Notes: a model not told the origin generated them from the sequence alone. A stretch of DNA of 64,000 nucleotides from Dimorphilus gyrociliatus (GCA_904063045.1 CAJFCJ010000055.1:8802-72801); one strand, 5' to 3'. Positions 1 through 13,510 are shown, counted from the first letter of the stretch. Made by a program: numbers and translations.

Positions 1-145
1 CCTTTGTAAGAATCTTATTCATAGGAAATGCACAGGTATGTAACTCTTTAATCAGCTTTCATGTAATTATATTTTTTAACATATTCTTATAGAAACACAT
101 AACATACCAATTTGCAAACCTTGTAACAAAAGAAAATGTACTGTC

Positions 146-1835
146 ATGCTCAAGAAGTTAACTAATCTGGAAATTCATCAATTCAAAGTAAATTCTGAAG
201 AAAGCTTTATTGATGAAAGAAATAAGATTGCTGCAGTTGAGGAATCAATATTGGAGGATGAAAATCATGTTCTTTCAGAATGCCAATCAATGGACCTAGA
301 CTCTTTGGAGGAAGTTGAAGAGAATGCTGAAGAATATTGTGAATCATCCACAAAAAGTGATTTTGAGATTGTAAAAGGAGGAAGTAGAAAGGGACATGAC
401 ATTTTACTGAATGATGGATATTCTTTTGTTGTTAAACATAAAACACCATCAAGTACTATTTGGGTGTGCAGTGTGAGAAGTAAGAAGAAAAGATGTGTGG
501 CCAGAATAAGACAAAATGGAAATTTATTTCTCAAAGGCAATTTGGAACATAATCACAACAGAAAAAAGAATTTAGAAGTGGATATTAAAGTGAAAACAGA
601 TTTGAAAATTGTTTGCAGAAGTGATAATCAAACATCTGGAAGAAGCATTGCTGAAAAAGTTCTTCTATCCTATGAACCCAATGCAACTTGTCTTCCTGAT
701 ATCAACTATTTGAAGAGAATGGCAAACTCAAATAGACAAAAGTTTAGGCCAGTGGAACCTAAAGTGTACAACTTTAATTTAGATGAAACATTTTTGCCTG
801 ATGAATTTTTGCAGAAAGATATTTGTGAAAATGGAGAAAGAATTTTAATCTTTGCAACAAACCATCAGCTGAATTTATTATCAAAATCCAACTGTTGGTA
901 CATTGATGGTACTTTCAAGATTGTAAAAGAACCATTTTATCAACTTGTCACTATTCACTCATTTGTTAAGAAGAGTGGTGATATGAAGCAAGTTCCTCTT
1001 GTTTTTATTTTTCTGACTTCAAAGCATACCAAAGCATACTTACAAGCATTTCAAGTAAATATTTCATATTATCTCTTCAAAAGTGATGATAAATAAAGTT
1101 GCTTTTTTGTAGCATATCAACAATCTTATCAATGATTTTCATCCAAAAAGAATTACAATGGATTTTGAAAAAGGACTATGGAAAGCATTATCAAAAGTAT
1201 ATCCCCTCACTGAATTTCAAGGTTGTGTATTTCATTTCACACAAGCAGTATACAGGAAAATACAAGTCAGTTACATTCAAATATATATAACATTATCTAT
1301 TAAATAACTTATATTATTGAATAGGCTCTTGGCTATGTAAAGAAATACAAAGAAAAAGGAAATGATTGGAAAGATTTCAGAAATTGATGGCTCTGCCATT
1401 CTTGCCAGCACATATTATTCAACCAACATTTGACAGCATAAATGCAGAACTTTGTGAAAAAAATAGATTTTTGGACCTGCTGCAATACTTCCAAACAAAC
1501 TGGATCAAAAATAAATTATGGAAACCAAATAACTGGTCAGTTTTTGGTTTGTCTATTAGGACCAATAATGATTGTGAAGGATGGCATCAAAGAATGAATA
1601 GTAAGCTGCCTGCTAAAGGTTCTTTTTACATGCTGGTTGATGAGCTAAAAAAGAGTCTGAGTTGATTGCAGTTTATGAGAAATTACTGTCAGAAAAAAGG
1701 ATTTACAAACATCAAAAGAAAAAGTATATTGACATCCAAAAGAAAATTTTTGATTTATGGGATGATTTCAAGTTGAACAAATTGACATCAATTGATCTAT
1801 TAATGCAGACATCCCATATCTACTCTCCAGCATAA
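146..1835 (+). mobile_element. Mutator-like (MULE) DDE transposase with FLYWCH zinc finger, spliced (introns 1055-1112 and 1266-1324), two -1 frameshifts; element begins before the window
   Basis: FLYWCH GYSFVVKHK...IWVCS...CVAR...HNH; catalytic motifs WYIDGTF, ITMDFE, GCVFH, RTNNDCEGWH. Both GT-AG introns are phase 0 and exon 1113-1265 is exactly 51 codons. Stop at 1833-1835. Confidence 0.92.
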
Positions 1836-1955
1836 ATATCATTTGTCAAGCTTTATTGTTTTTTAGTATAATATTTAGTCTTTTAAATACATACTTTTAG
1901 ATTTATAGCTAAATCTTTTATTCAAAAATTCAAAAATAAAATAAATATAAAAATA

Positions 1956-2040
1956 GGGTGCGAACGTACCTGGGTACGTTCGCACCCGCCCAGGGTACGT
2001 TCGCACCCGGGTACGTTCACACCCAGGTACGTTCGCACCC
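1956..2040. repeat. Terminal repeat array of the MULE element: 15-bp motif GGTACGTTCGCACCC, four direct copies plus one inverted copy forming a perfect palindrome
   Basis: gggtgcgaacgtacc (1956-1970) pairs with ggtacgttcgcaccc (1973-1987); further copies at 1993, 2009 and 2026; lies about 120 bp after the transposase stop. Confidence 0.85.
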
Positions 2041-2369
2041 CAACTCAAATAATAAATATCAATGTTAGACCAAACAGCATAGATGCTGATTTAAATTAAA
2101 CTTTAGCCTCAAAGATTTTCTTCACAGACTGATCACCTGCTGCTGTTTTCATTCTTGCAATAAAAAAATGGAATTAATATAATTGGTTATCTCTTTCATC
2201 TTGTTTCATACATGAGATGCTTTAAATATCTTTTCTAGTTTTATAAGACATTTAGCACACTAAAAATTCATTGGGTGTTTTCAACAATCCTCCTTTCTAG
2301 CTCTCAGTTTAGCCTTACATGACCTGAAAATGAAAAGTTTTCCAACCCTACAAATGCTCATAATCTTAC

Positions 2370-2500
2370 CTTTTTTCCATATTTCATCTAAATTTAGTTC
2401 TTCCAAACGAGGAATGCACCAAATTGCTTCACCAACATTTGAAGCCATGTTTGCCTCAAGGAAATTGTCAGATAGGAAAGCAATTTCTATTTTAAAAGCA
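2370..2500 (-). CDS. Probable isolated LRR exon (RI-type), possibly a downstream exon of the NLR gene
   Basis: IAFLSDNFLEANMASNVGEAIWCIPRLEELNLDEI resembles the NLR repeats (e.g. IFLCDCQLDANIGNLIGEAIGKQSQLSVLDL); bounded by a ttttag acceptor and a g|gtaag donor. Confidence 0.45.
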
Positions 2501-2574
2501 CTAAAACAAACATAAAAATAATTTATATAAGAAAATGAAAGAAATAGCCAAGCCATAGTTTATGATCTATAAAC

Positions 2575-2680
2575 TGCATTAATCAGACATGTCTCCTCCT
2601 TATATACTGACCATTAGCTGGTTGTTTAAACTTACTTGTCTAGAACTAGAAGCTCATTTTATTTAAATTGCATTAACTAA
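2575..2680 (+). repeat. Internally deleted fragment of LTR family A
   Basis: taatcagac..ctccttatat matches 6002-6030 and attagctggttgtttaaac..ctagaactagaagctcatttta matches 6355-6400. Confidence 0.7.
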
Positions 2681-2889
2681 GATTATTTCTTCTCATATGG
2701 TGCAGGTACTTTGATTTTAAGTACTTTAACTGTAATAATTGAAATTATAGGCCAAGAGTGATTAGCTAATGTTGGCCATTGTTTTACATAGGTAAGTCTA
2801 CTGAATAGGCTTAATTTGTATAAATAAAAAATAAATAATAAGAGTGAGAAAGAGAGATAGAGATTATAATAATTGTCTGCTAATGGGAC

Positions 2890-4587
2890 CTAGACAAAAT
2901 GTCCCCTTGACAGATTGTCTCTTGAACTAGAAAAGTGAAATAATTTCTTTGTTGTACTAAATAATGTTTTATTGAATTGCTAATTAAATATTAATATAAA
3001 AAGTGTTTCAAACTATTTTAAATGTACTTAAAATTAGAATTATTTAGTTTGAAAAAAAAGTACTATTTCACAGGAAGTCTTGTCCACTTCCTATTTTTGA
3101 TGCCTGGTAGCCATCTTTTTTTACTACAATTATTATTCTTGATGCTGTAACCAAAAGGTGGTTTTGGTATAGATATTTCATCAAAGACTTTCATACTCCC
3201 AAGGTATTTATTTAAAAAAAGTAAGTTGTTTACTTAATCTTTATTTGGGCATTGTGTCATGTCCACTTTCTAATTTTTCATCAAGGTGATGGCTCCTTAC
3301 TGTCAAATGTGTAAATATAAAATATTTGGAAGAAAATTCACAAGGAAATGCTCACTCTGCTCTCATCAGTTTAACTTTCATAAAAAATGCATTTCAAGTA
3401 ATATTCACATTTATTATTTTATCATTCCTATTTATTTCTATATATTTGCAGTGTCTGATGTAAATTTATGTTCCACCTGCACTGATATCTCTGAAAAGAA
3501 GTGCTTTGTCACATTAAATAGAAGTACCTGTTCCAGACCTACATTTGTTGAATATAACTCTTTTACTGGAGATAAAAATGGAAAAGATGAAATTGTAGGG
3601 AATGAACAAGAATTATCTGATCAGAGGAATAATGGAAACCATTCAACACATATCTCTCAAGATGATTTAATGGAAAACTCTTTTGATAACGCAAATATTC
3701 AAGAAATGGACCCTGCATTTACAATATTGGAAGGAATGAGTCAAAAAGGGAAAAATCTCCTTTTGCATGAAGGATACAGTTATACTGTAAAAGAAAAGAC
3801 TGCAAACACAGTTAAATGGACATGTAGTGTCAGAAACAAATCCATGAAGTGTCCTGCAAGAGTTTCCCAAAGAGATAATTCCTTTATCCTTGGCAAAATG
3901 AATCATATTCATGAGAGAAATAATAACCTGGAAATGGAAATAAGAATTAGACACAAATTAAAAGAAAATGGTCAGAATGATGAAACGACATCAAGAAAAC
4001 ATTTGACAGTGAATTTCCAAAATCAAATTTTGCTATTCCATCTATTGATAGCTGTTATGGACTTATTAATAGAACAAGACAGCAGTTTAATCCTAATGAA
4101 CCAGATGGCTTATACTTCACTCTTGATAAAACTTTTATTCCAGATAATTTCCTGATAAATGATATTTGCAGAGAAAATGAAAGAATAATTATATTCTCTA
4201 CACAAAGTCAAGTAAAATTACTATCTCATGGAAAGATGTGGTTTATGGATCGAACCTTTAAATGTGTTAAGGATCCATTTTATCAGCTATTTACCATTCA
4301 TGAATTTGTTAAAGAGAACAGTGAATTGAAACAAGTTTGTTTGGTCTTTGCATTTATGAGCTCAAAAACAAAGAAAGCATATAAGCTTTTGTTCCAGGTT
4401 AATTATCCTTCAATATTTTTTCTATTTTGATAACTAGACTTTTCATTTAAGTTTTTTTTTTAAATATAGTTTCTATACTTATTAAATATTTTTCACAATC
4501 ATAAATAATACAAAGACATTTTTAATTATACTCAATGAAAGATTTATCCAGGGGATGTTTTGTCCAGGGGACGTTCTATCTAGCATT
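2890..4587 (+). mobile_element. Truncated PHD-FLYWCH-MULE element with degenerate TIRs
   Basis: ORF 3286-4155: PHD-type C4HC3 finger split by a 54-nt in-frame intron (3398-3451) and FLYWCH (GYSYTVK..WTCS..CPAR..HIH); WFMDRTF and QLFTIH at 4236-4430. Ends gacaaaatgtcccc (about 2893) and inverted ggggatgttttgtccaggggacgttctatctag (4551-4583). Confidence 0.85.
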
Positions 4588-5073
4588 CTTTTTTATTACA
4601 GTTTTTATTATTGGTAAACTATTGTGGTATAAGGATCATTTCAGCCAGTAAAATAGGTTATATAGTCATTTATATAACAAGTATAACTATAAATTTGATT
4701 TAAATTACTTCTCTCTTAGATATCAATTACAACCAACACTACAGCAACTACTACTTCTACATCTACTTAAGTAAAAGCCATTGAAAACACTTTTATATTT
4801 TTTAACCCTTGGAAATTTTTGCTAAATTCAAGAAGATCATTGTATCATTGTAAAAACCTATTACAGTATTCATTACAGTAGATGCCATTGTGCTCAGTAT
4901 TACAGATATTTTATGCATATAATTATAAATGTATTAATAAATTCTGGAAAACATTGATTACAATAAAAATTTCATAGAAAACAACATTGTAGCCCTCTTG
5001 TAGCTCCTAACCCTAACCCTCAACTCTGACTAAGGTTAAAATGTTTATTATATAAATTGCATATAGCCCATTT

Positions 5074-5664
5074 TCACATTGTCCTTTCTTCAATTTTATA
5101 ATTGAAACCGCAATTATTTATATTCACGGCAATTAGGCGATTGCTACTACTTTGAAAATATTCTAATAAACCATCTCCAATTTGCTGTCCAAGTGAATTG
5201 TCATTCAAAAATAGATGAGTAAGAGAATATTGCTGTTGAATTGCCTCACAAAGACTAGTGCCAATATTTGAATTAAATTCACATTTTTCCAAAAAGATTT
5301 TTTTTAATAATGTACACTTATCTTTAATATTTTTAAATATACATTTTCCAATATCCGATCCAAGTGGATTTCTTGATAAATTTAAATAGACAAGTTTAGG
5401 CTGTTGGCCAATTGCTTCGCCAATAACATTACCAGTTTTCTCATCTAGACCACAATTTTCAAAATCTATTTCAACTAAGCTATTACAATGTTTTTTAATA
5501 TTTTTGAAAATGTATTGTCCAAGTGTTGAACCGAAATTGTTATTTTGTAAATTCAATACTGAGAGATAGATTTTTCCAGTAAATAATTCTCCAACAACAA
5601 GACCAACAGTAACAGAAATATTGCAGTCGTTCAAGTAAATTTCTTGAAGATTTAAACATTTATT
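5074..5664 (-). CDS. C-terminal LRR segment of the NLR, separated from the rest by the solo LTR insertion
   Basis: Alternating RI-type repeats (LQEIYLNDC.., LSVLNLQNNNFG..) continue the 6600-9438 array in frame once 5665-6599 and one TSD copy are removed (NTIKNKCL). Confidence 0.88.
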   Translation of the reverse strand, partial: NKCLNLQEIYLNDCNISVTVGLVVGELFTGKIYLSVLNLQNNNFGSTLGQYIFKNIKKHCNSLVEIDFENCGLDEKTGNVIGEAIGQQPKLVYLNLSRNPLGSDIGKCIFKNIKDKCTLLKKIFLEKCEFNSNIGTSLCEAIQQQYSLTHLFLNDNSLGQQIGDGLLEYFQSSSNRLIAVNINNCGFNYKIEERTM

Positions 5665-6599
5665 TGTACACATACATTCGTCAGCTATATTCTACAATAG
5701 AGAAGTAGTATTGAACCAGTATTGTACTATGCAGATAGCACTGATAAAGATAAGCAGTAGTGACCTAGTTTCGCATAGGGCAGTGCATACACATTATGCA
5801 GTAATAAAACCTATTGAATTATATAAAGAATATTTGCTATTTGCAACCTAGCATTAATATTACAATTTATTAATCCATAAATTTATGATTTCGAACTAAA
5901 ACTAGTTCAATTAATTGTCAATTATGCTTAAATTCTAAGTTTAGATTATATTGACTATTCAACAGTATTGTATACACAATACTGTTCTTTTTAACATGCA
6001 TTAATCAGATATACTTCCTCCTTATATGCTGATGCTAAATTTACTAACTCAATCAATTGAATATCATTATTAAGGTAGAATATAAAAACGGTCAAATATA
6101 CAATCTACATGTTTTCTTGATTGTTGGACTTGTCCTACTAAAATTGTTACATCTTATGCAACTCTCCAACCTTCGAAATTCAACTATTATTTAGAAGAGG
6201 AAAACAATAAAAACATGACCATATTTAGAACTTTTCTTTGTCTTTAAATGTTACTTTTGTTTTTGTGAACATTGAAATTTGTGAACTATCAACCCTTAAA
6301 AGAGTATATAAACCCTACGAAATTAACAGTTGATAGTTCAGTTTTCTAACCGTCAGCTAGTTGTTTAAACTAGCTTGTTTAGAACTAGAAGCTCATTTTA
6401 CTCAATACATATTCTTTGGACGAAATACTGGTGTTTTGTTAATCAATTTCTACCGAAATTGCCTTTGTTAGACTATTTGTGGACGAACTTTAAAGGTTCT
6501 ATTTGGACCAGTACTTTGGCAAGTTGGTAAATGATTGGAAAGGACGATTACAGTTGTGACGAACCAGAAATTCCTACAATTACAATACAACAAAGTACA
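5665..6599 (+). mobile_element. Solo LTR (family A), 935 bp, TGTAC...GTACA with 5-bp TSD TTATT
   Basis: TTATT at 5660-5664 and 6600-6604; TG..CA inverted termini; TATATAAA at 6305 and TCAGT at 6338; shares gttctatttggaccagtactt and both termini with the Gypsy 3' LTR at 46253-46827. Confidence 0.88.
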
Positions 6600-9438
6600 T
6601 TATTCTTAATTGTATTAAATAATTTATTTACAACGGCAGAACCTAGTGGATTTTTTTGAAAATTTAATGAAATCAATTCATTCTGTTGCCCAATTGCACC
6701 GTCTAAAACATTTTCAATATTCCAGTCGAGATTACAATTCGCCAAATCGATCTTTTTTAATTGTTTACAGTTTTCTTTAATATTTTCAAATAGACATTGG
6801 CCAACTGATGATCCTAATGGATTATTATCTAAATTCAAATAGGCAAGTCCTGATTGTTTGCCAACTGCTTCACCAAGTGTATTGCCAATATTCGAATCGA
6901 GTTTGCAATCATGTAAATATAGAAATCTGATATGTTTACAGTTTTGTTTAATATTATTAAATAGACATTTACAAATATCCGATTCAAGTGGATTATCCCC
7001 TAAATTTAGATATACCAGTTTAGTTAGTTTTCCAATTGCTTCACCGACAATATTACCAATAATTGAACCAAATTTACAATTTTCCATAAATAAAACTGCT
7101 AATTCTTTACAATAATCTTTAATACAAATAAATAAACTCTTTCCAATGGTTGAACCAAGTGGATTATTGCTTAAATTCAATATAAAAAGTCTATGTTTTC
7201 TACCAATTGCTTCGCTAATGTCATTTTTTAAACTTGAATCGAAATTACAATTATCTAAATGTAATTCTGCTATGTTTGAACAGTGTTCTCTTATACTCTT
7301 AAATAAACTCTTACCAATGATTGGACCAAGTGGATTATCTTCTAAATTTAAAACAGTCAGATTAGTTTGTTCTCTAATTGCCATACCAACAATTTCACCA
7401 GTTTCTGGACCAAAATTACAATTACCTAAATAGATTTCCTCTAATTGCCTACAATTATCCCGAATTTTTTGAAAAAGTGTCCTTCCAATTTTTGATCCTA
7501 GTTGATTAGACTCTAAATTTAAATACGTCAATCCTTTTTGTCTTCCAATTACATTACCAATAATAGAATCGCCGATTGTTGAATCAAAACAGCAATTATT
7601 TAAAGATATCGACGTTAATTCTTTACAATTTTCTTTAATATTCTCGAATAGAACTCTACCAGTTTCCGTTCCCAGTGGATTATTTCCTAAATCCAATACA
7701 GAAAGTTGAGATTGTTTACCAATAGCCTCTCCAATTAAATTACCAATATTGGCGTCTAATTGACAATCACAAAGAAAAATTTCTTTTAAATTTTTGCAAC
7801 GATCTCTTATATTTTTAAATAGGTTTCTACCAGTTTCCTTTTCGAATTGGCAACATTGTAATTGAAGTTTCGTAATTGATTGTTTTATAATGGAATCAAT
7901 AAATTTCTTTGCAGTATTTCGTTGAAATTTACAAGAATTTATATCAATTGATGATAATTTATGGCAATAATTTTTTATATTTTCAAATATTGCAATTCCT
8001 CTTGTATTATCGTTAAAAGTTGTATTTTTTATATTTAAAACTTGAAGATTTTCAACAGAATTCTTATCTTTTAAAACACCATTCAAAATGTTTAATTCAT
8101 CAATAGTCATTTCTTTAAATGCGCGTATTTCTTCAATTTTTAATATATTTGTTTCAACAATCAATTGAATAATCTCGAATGGAAATTTTTTACTGTATGG
8201 AAAGATAAGAGTTCTATCATTTAGAATTGTAGTAAAATCACTCAATAATTCATTAATAAAATTGAGATTGAATTTTTCACTGTTCAAAATATCATTCAAG
8301 TGAATATTTTGATTGATAATAATAGATTGATTATCAAGTGAATTTAGAATAAATAATTTCTTGAATCTTTTCACTTCAAGACAAATTTCAATGATATTTT
8401 GAATTTGAAATGAACAATTATGAATATATAATTCTCTTGGATTATCTCTATTCCTTTCATTAAATTGTTTAAAGAAGTAGAGAAGAGAAATTGAATTAAA
8501 ATGATTATGTGAAATATATAATTTTTTCAACATTGAAAATTGATTTATATATTCTCCAAACATTTTTAAATGGCGTCCATTCAAACAACAATTCATCAGT
8601 AATAATTCTTCGACATTTCTAAATGACGATGACGTTCCGTATAATTCATTCGTTAACATTGTTGGTGACATTTCAGAGAAATCAATATAAATGAATTGTT
8701 TATCATTTTTAAAAATGTTTATAATATCTTTTGAGTGTAAATTTGAACAATTCAATTTAATTGAGTACTTTTCCTTTTCATTCGATAACGATTGTTCATC
8801 TTTTAGAATACTTTTTGAAAAGTAATTATCCAATAATAGATCGCCTGGAATTATTGAATTGTATAAAAAGAGACTGTATAGGCCTTTTGTATATTTTAGA
8901 ACTTTTTTAAAGAACATCTTGATGTATTCTCTTTCCAGTGAATTTCCTCCAGAATCCAAATACTTTAACTGAAAATTTGGAGCATTTTCTATCCAACAAT
9001 TCAAATTACACTCTTCTGTATATGAAGGTGTTTCATCTTTAATATGCGGAAGTGATAATTCCAATAATGACATCATTAATACTTCCGGTAAGAATGAATG
9101 TTGTTTATCGGCTAGAACGTTTCCTTTTATATCTAGAATTTTTACCATTGGATGGTTATTCAAAAATTCTATTAGCGTAGTTGATTCCAGTTGAGCATTG
9201 CAGTTGGCTATTTGTAAGCATGTTATATTTGAATAATTTTCATTCAAGATCTCAATTGGGTCACAGCCATTAAGATTATTTGTCGAATAATTCAATGAAG
9301 TATAATTACACTGAGAATTTTTAAGAAACTTTAAAAATTCAGTAGGCGTATCCAAACCGGAAATGCATTGCGATAGATTAATATATTTTAAATATGAGTT
9401 AGTTTTCATCATATTAAAGAGTTTTTCTATATCATCAT
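6600..9438 (-). CDS. NLR leucine-rich repeat exon (long ribonuclease-inhibitor-type array of alternating 28/29-residue repeats)
   Basis: ORF 6548-9475; repeats such as LSVLDLGNNPLG/LTSISLNNCCFD; joined to the NACHT exon by a phase-1 intron at 9439-9515. Confidence 0.92.
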
Positions 9439-9515
9439 CTAAAAAAAGAATGAATGAATAAATTAATTTTTTCAAATTGTTATCAACAGTATTTTTTTTT
9501 ACTCTTTCAACTTAC

Positions 9516-11517
9516 TTGAAAGTTGATTTTGTGATAAATTCAATCTTATCAATTCCGGAAGTTGTATAAAAGAAAAAATTGATTGTATTCCACCACTTAG
9601 ATTACAATTTATTAAATTTAATTCATGTAACGATTTGGATGTAATGTCGTATTTTAATAATTCAATATTCATATCGAAACTGATATTTGTGACGCTCAAT
9701 ACACTTAACGCCTTCATATTTGATATTAAAACTAAAAGATAACGAATAGAAATGAACTGTTGAATACCATTGAATAGTTTTAAAACTTGTAGTTTATGGT
9801 GTAAATGCTTCACAACATTCTGAACAAAATGGTGGAATGAAAATGATACATAATTTAAATGTATTTCCTTTATATTACATTGATAACTATCTATAATTGT
9901 AAGGAAATAGGCAGTATCTAATTCGACAGCCTCCAATTTGATTAGGTCACGTGACTCTTCATTTCTAATAACTCGAATAATATTTTCGTCAATTTTTAAA
10001 ATTTCAAGGATATTTTTATGATTTTCAATAATTTTTGAAAAAATTTCATTATTTTCTTCTTTAATATAATTAAAGGCGTTTTTTAATAATAATAAAACTT
10101 TTGAATCGTTAAAGGCGTCACTAAATTGTTGACTATAGGTGGCGTCTTTATAGTTTTGAATTATATATTTGGCGCAAAGGTACTCTTGAAAGAGAAAATG
10201 AATAAAAGTTAATTCATTATTGTTTGTCATAGTTGATCTTTTACAAACAGGAATTAGAATACCACCAATAGAGAATGTTTTTTTTATAAAATCATCATTT
10301 TCCAACATTTTCTCACCGCATAAATTCGAAAAAGCAATTTTTGCGGAACGTTTTAAAATAATTTTAAAAGTTTCACTTTCCGAATTGATACCTTTTTTTT
10401 GAAGAAGAATTTTTATTACATCTTCGTATATTGAATATTGATTGGATGTCATCTTTGACCTTTCCTCTTCCCATATACCAGCAACTAGACAGGCTATTAA
10501 TGGCCTATTACATAATTTCAATAAATCTTTCTTCTTATCTTTTAAAAATTGAATTAATTGATTAGATTCATTTTCTTTAATTTCTAAATGAAAATATTCA
10601 ACTGAATTCAAATGATTTTCTTGAAAAAAATTGGAGAAATAATTCATTAATTGATATTCTTTGAATCCTTCAATATTGTAGACGTAATCGAATGTATCAA
10701 TAACCTCCTTTACTTTCCAACTTCTAGACCAAACAATCACGTGATAATTATCTATTTTCGTTCTATTTTTTATTATATTAGAGAAAATTGAACATTCTAC
10801 TTTCAGTTCATCGGCTCCGTCCAAAAGAAGGAGGAACTTTTCATTTTTGAAATGATTTAATAAATGTCCACTTACTGAAGAGTTTTTATTGAAATTAAAT
10901 TCGGCTAAGGTACTTTGTAAACAATTTCCATCTTGAAAATTTTGACTAAGATTGACGTAGAGAAGAAGATATTCTTTTAAAAAGTCTCTACCATGAGCCC
11001 AATTAAGTAAAATTTTCATAGCGTGATAGGTTTTACCCATTCCGGCGTCTCCTCTTACCAATATTCTTGTGTTTTCTCTATTGAGTATCATATTCAAATT
11101 TTGTACATTATTCAAATCTTCTTGATTAGACGCCAAATTTTTTAAAGACTTTAAACTTATTTGCGAAAAAATATTATTAAAATTAACTATAGCGTTACTT
11201 TTTTGCCAAAAATCAAATTTTCTTACAGTTTTAAACTCTTCCATTATGTAGTTTTTTCTGATTTCTTGTAAACTCTTCCAAGTATTTTCTATTACTGTTG
11301 AAAGTTTCATATATTTTGTCTCTTTCATATTTCTTAATAGAATAATAAAATCAAATGTATTCATATATTGAATTACATTTGTAAAAGCCATTTGAAAAGT
11401 AGAAGCTTCCTTTAAATATCCAGCTCCTCTTAGATGATTACTAAGAATTTGAACATTATCTTCGAAACAGTTTCTTATTCTCTCAAAATGATATTTTAAC
11501 AAATGATTCTCCTCCTC
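9516..11517 (-). CDS. NLR exon: N-terminal death-fold (CARD-like) region, NACHT NTPase, helical domains and first LRRs
   Basis: Walker A ILVRGDAGMGKT, Walker B FLLLLDGADE, CNRPLIACLV, TFIHFLFQEYLCA; N-terminal LLKYHFERIRNCFEDNVQILSNHLRGAGYL resembles CARD helices 1-2. Confidence 0.92.
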
Positions 11518-13125
11518 TAGACTATTATGATAATTAGATAAAAAATATTGATCACGTGATAATGTTATAAATAATTTTTAAAAAAGTCTTACCTCATTTT
11601 TGAAACTGCTCAGTGTTTCAAATAGATCAACGTAGCACTGATTTTTGAATAATATAGCCAAGTGATTGCAACAGAAATCAAAATAGTTTTGTATGAATAT
11701 TTTGAATAAATATTAATCCTCTTAACACCAATTATTTCACAATAGTTCTTAAAGAAATGGCAAAAAATAGATTGAATTCTCTATTTACTGTACAAATATC
11801 ATTTTTCTTTTATTTTCACTTTTTTTTTTACTATTCAAGTATTTTTTCTGATTGTATCCAAATGTCATGGTGTGATCTGTTTTACAAAGAATAAGAAGAC
11901 AAATATCACTTGAGAAGGTTCAAGTTTATTCATAATTTTATTGATACTATTAACTTTGATATTGATTATAATAATACTTATTATAGTTATAGGTTAATAG
12001 TATACAATTATACAACACTGTTGAATGTTCAAAAGATGATTTAAGTACTTTAAAAAGTTCTTGTTACTATTAATAATGAGTAATATGTCAAGGTCGTGAA
12101 AATGGGACAATGTCTACCTTAGTATCATAGCTATAATAGTGTTGACTGACCTCATCAATATCAACAGGGCTATGTCTTTAACATTCATGAATGTTTATTC
12201 ATAGTAAAAAGAATTTATGTATTTTTATCCTCAGACTGTTTCGGGAACCTAATTTCTACACAATTATATTTAACTCCTGTGTGAAATCGTGATAAAAATC
12301 CAGCATCCAAACACTAAACGGCCTATCAAACAGATTGTCAGGTTAATTAGAATTGAAAAAGAATTTCAATATCTGATCACATAACCAAATCCTATTTATA
12401 ACCAGTAGAAAGTCATTCACAGCAGAGATAATAACTGTTATTGCCACATATTTTTTCATAATTAATAAGTGTATGTAATTTATACAAACACTGGCGCCAT
12501 CTGCTTTTCAAAAAATGCATATAAAACAATTAAAAAACACCCACTATTCATTTTGTTCATAAAATGTTTCAAAATTGTTTAACTATCTTTATTATCACTC
12601 TATTAAATTTTAAATCAACATATTTAAGTTTGTAATGTTTACTTAAAATGATTTCTATATTCTTTTTAAATTTTTTTGAAAACTTCCTGTTCCTACTCAG
12701 GGAGAGATGTTATAAAGATTATTGGCAATCCTAAAGCAATGAATACAAGTGCTGGAGATACATTTTGTAAAACTATCTGTGATAAATTAACAGAATGTTC
12801 GTATACCAGTTTTCTTTTTACAAGAACAATAACAATTTTAACTTATTAATTCCATAAAAAAAATTTTCAGGTTTTTAGATACTGAAATAAGTTTATGCAA
12901 ATCCTATAAAAATATAAGACAATCTTCAAATTTCAATACTTTAGGTAAAAATTTTGAAAAAACAATGCAATGTTATAAGTGAAAATTTAAATTTAGTTCT
13001 TCAATTTAACAATTTACTACATCTAAAAGCTAATAATCCAATCATAAGTAAGAATAACTTTAATTTTATGCTTGAATGCAATTTTTAATTTAATTTTTTT
13101 TAGGTAGAAAACAGTCAAAGTGTCT

Positions 13126-13262
13126 ATTTCCTGCAAAATAGAGTTCTTTCTAAAGTTGCACCATTATAATTCCTGCGAAATAGAAGTATTTCTATAGTTG
13201 CACCAGTCTAATTCCTATGAAATAGAAGTCTTTCTAATGTACCCATATATCTAAAGTCTAAG
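13126..13262 (-). repeat. Inverted fragment of LTR family C (about 40-bp internal repeats)
   Basis: Reverse complement of 14565-14700 (ctttctaaagttgcaccattataattcct..gaaatagaagt). Confidence 0.75.
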
Positions 13263-13510
13263 TATTGGGGCGTTTTCAACAATATCCTTTGTAATATTGT
13301 TGTCAATTCTTCCATAACTGTTGTTCTTGGCCATTTGTAATATGGTCCTTTGTTTTCATCAAACACCAGAAGTTTTCCTTTCTGAGTAAGTTTTTGTCCA
13401 TTAAGAGTTTTCTTAGAATTAAGCATTTTTCTACATTGCTTTTCAGTCAAGGTAAGTGTTTGTTTTTCAATTCTGTGCTTCTTTGCTCCGAAGAAACATA
13501 CTGTATTTAA
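13263..13510 (-). pseudogene. env: Inverted fragment of env fusion domain (paralog of 44.3-44.7 kb)
   Basis: Translates VCFFGAKKHRIEKQTLTLTEKQCRKMLNSKKTLNGQKL..GPYYKWPRTT, aligning with YYFFGSKKHRVEKFIVTLSEEECRKMYQEKKAYSGQKL..GTAYKYPSTT. Confidence 0.85.

Noticed and set aside
6858-7433. Plus-strand ORFs of 85 and 95 aa
   Set aside because: Antisense shadows of the periodic LRR exon.
12060-12830. Possible upstream exons of the NLR
   Set aside because: Candidate frames contain stops and no consistent splice phases or domains could be established.
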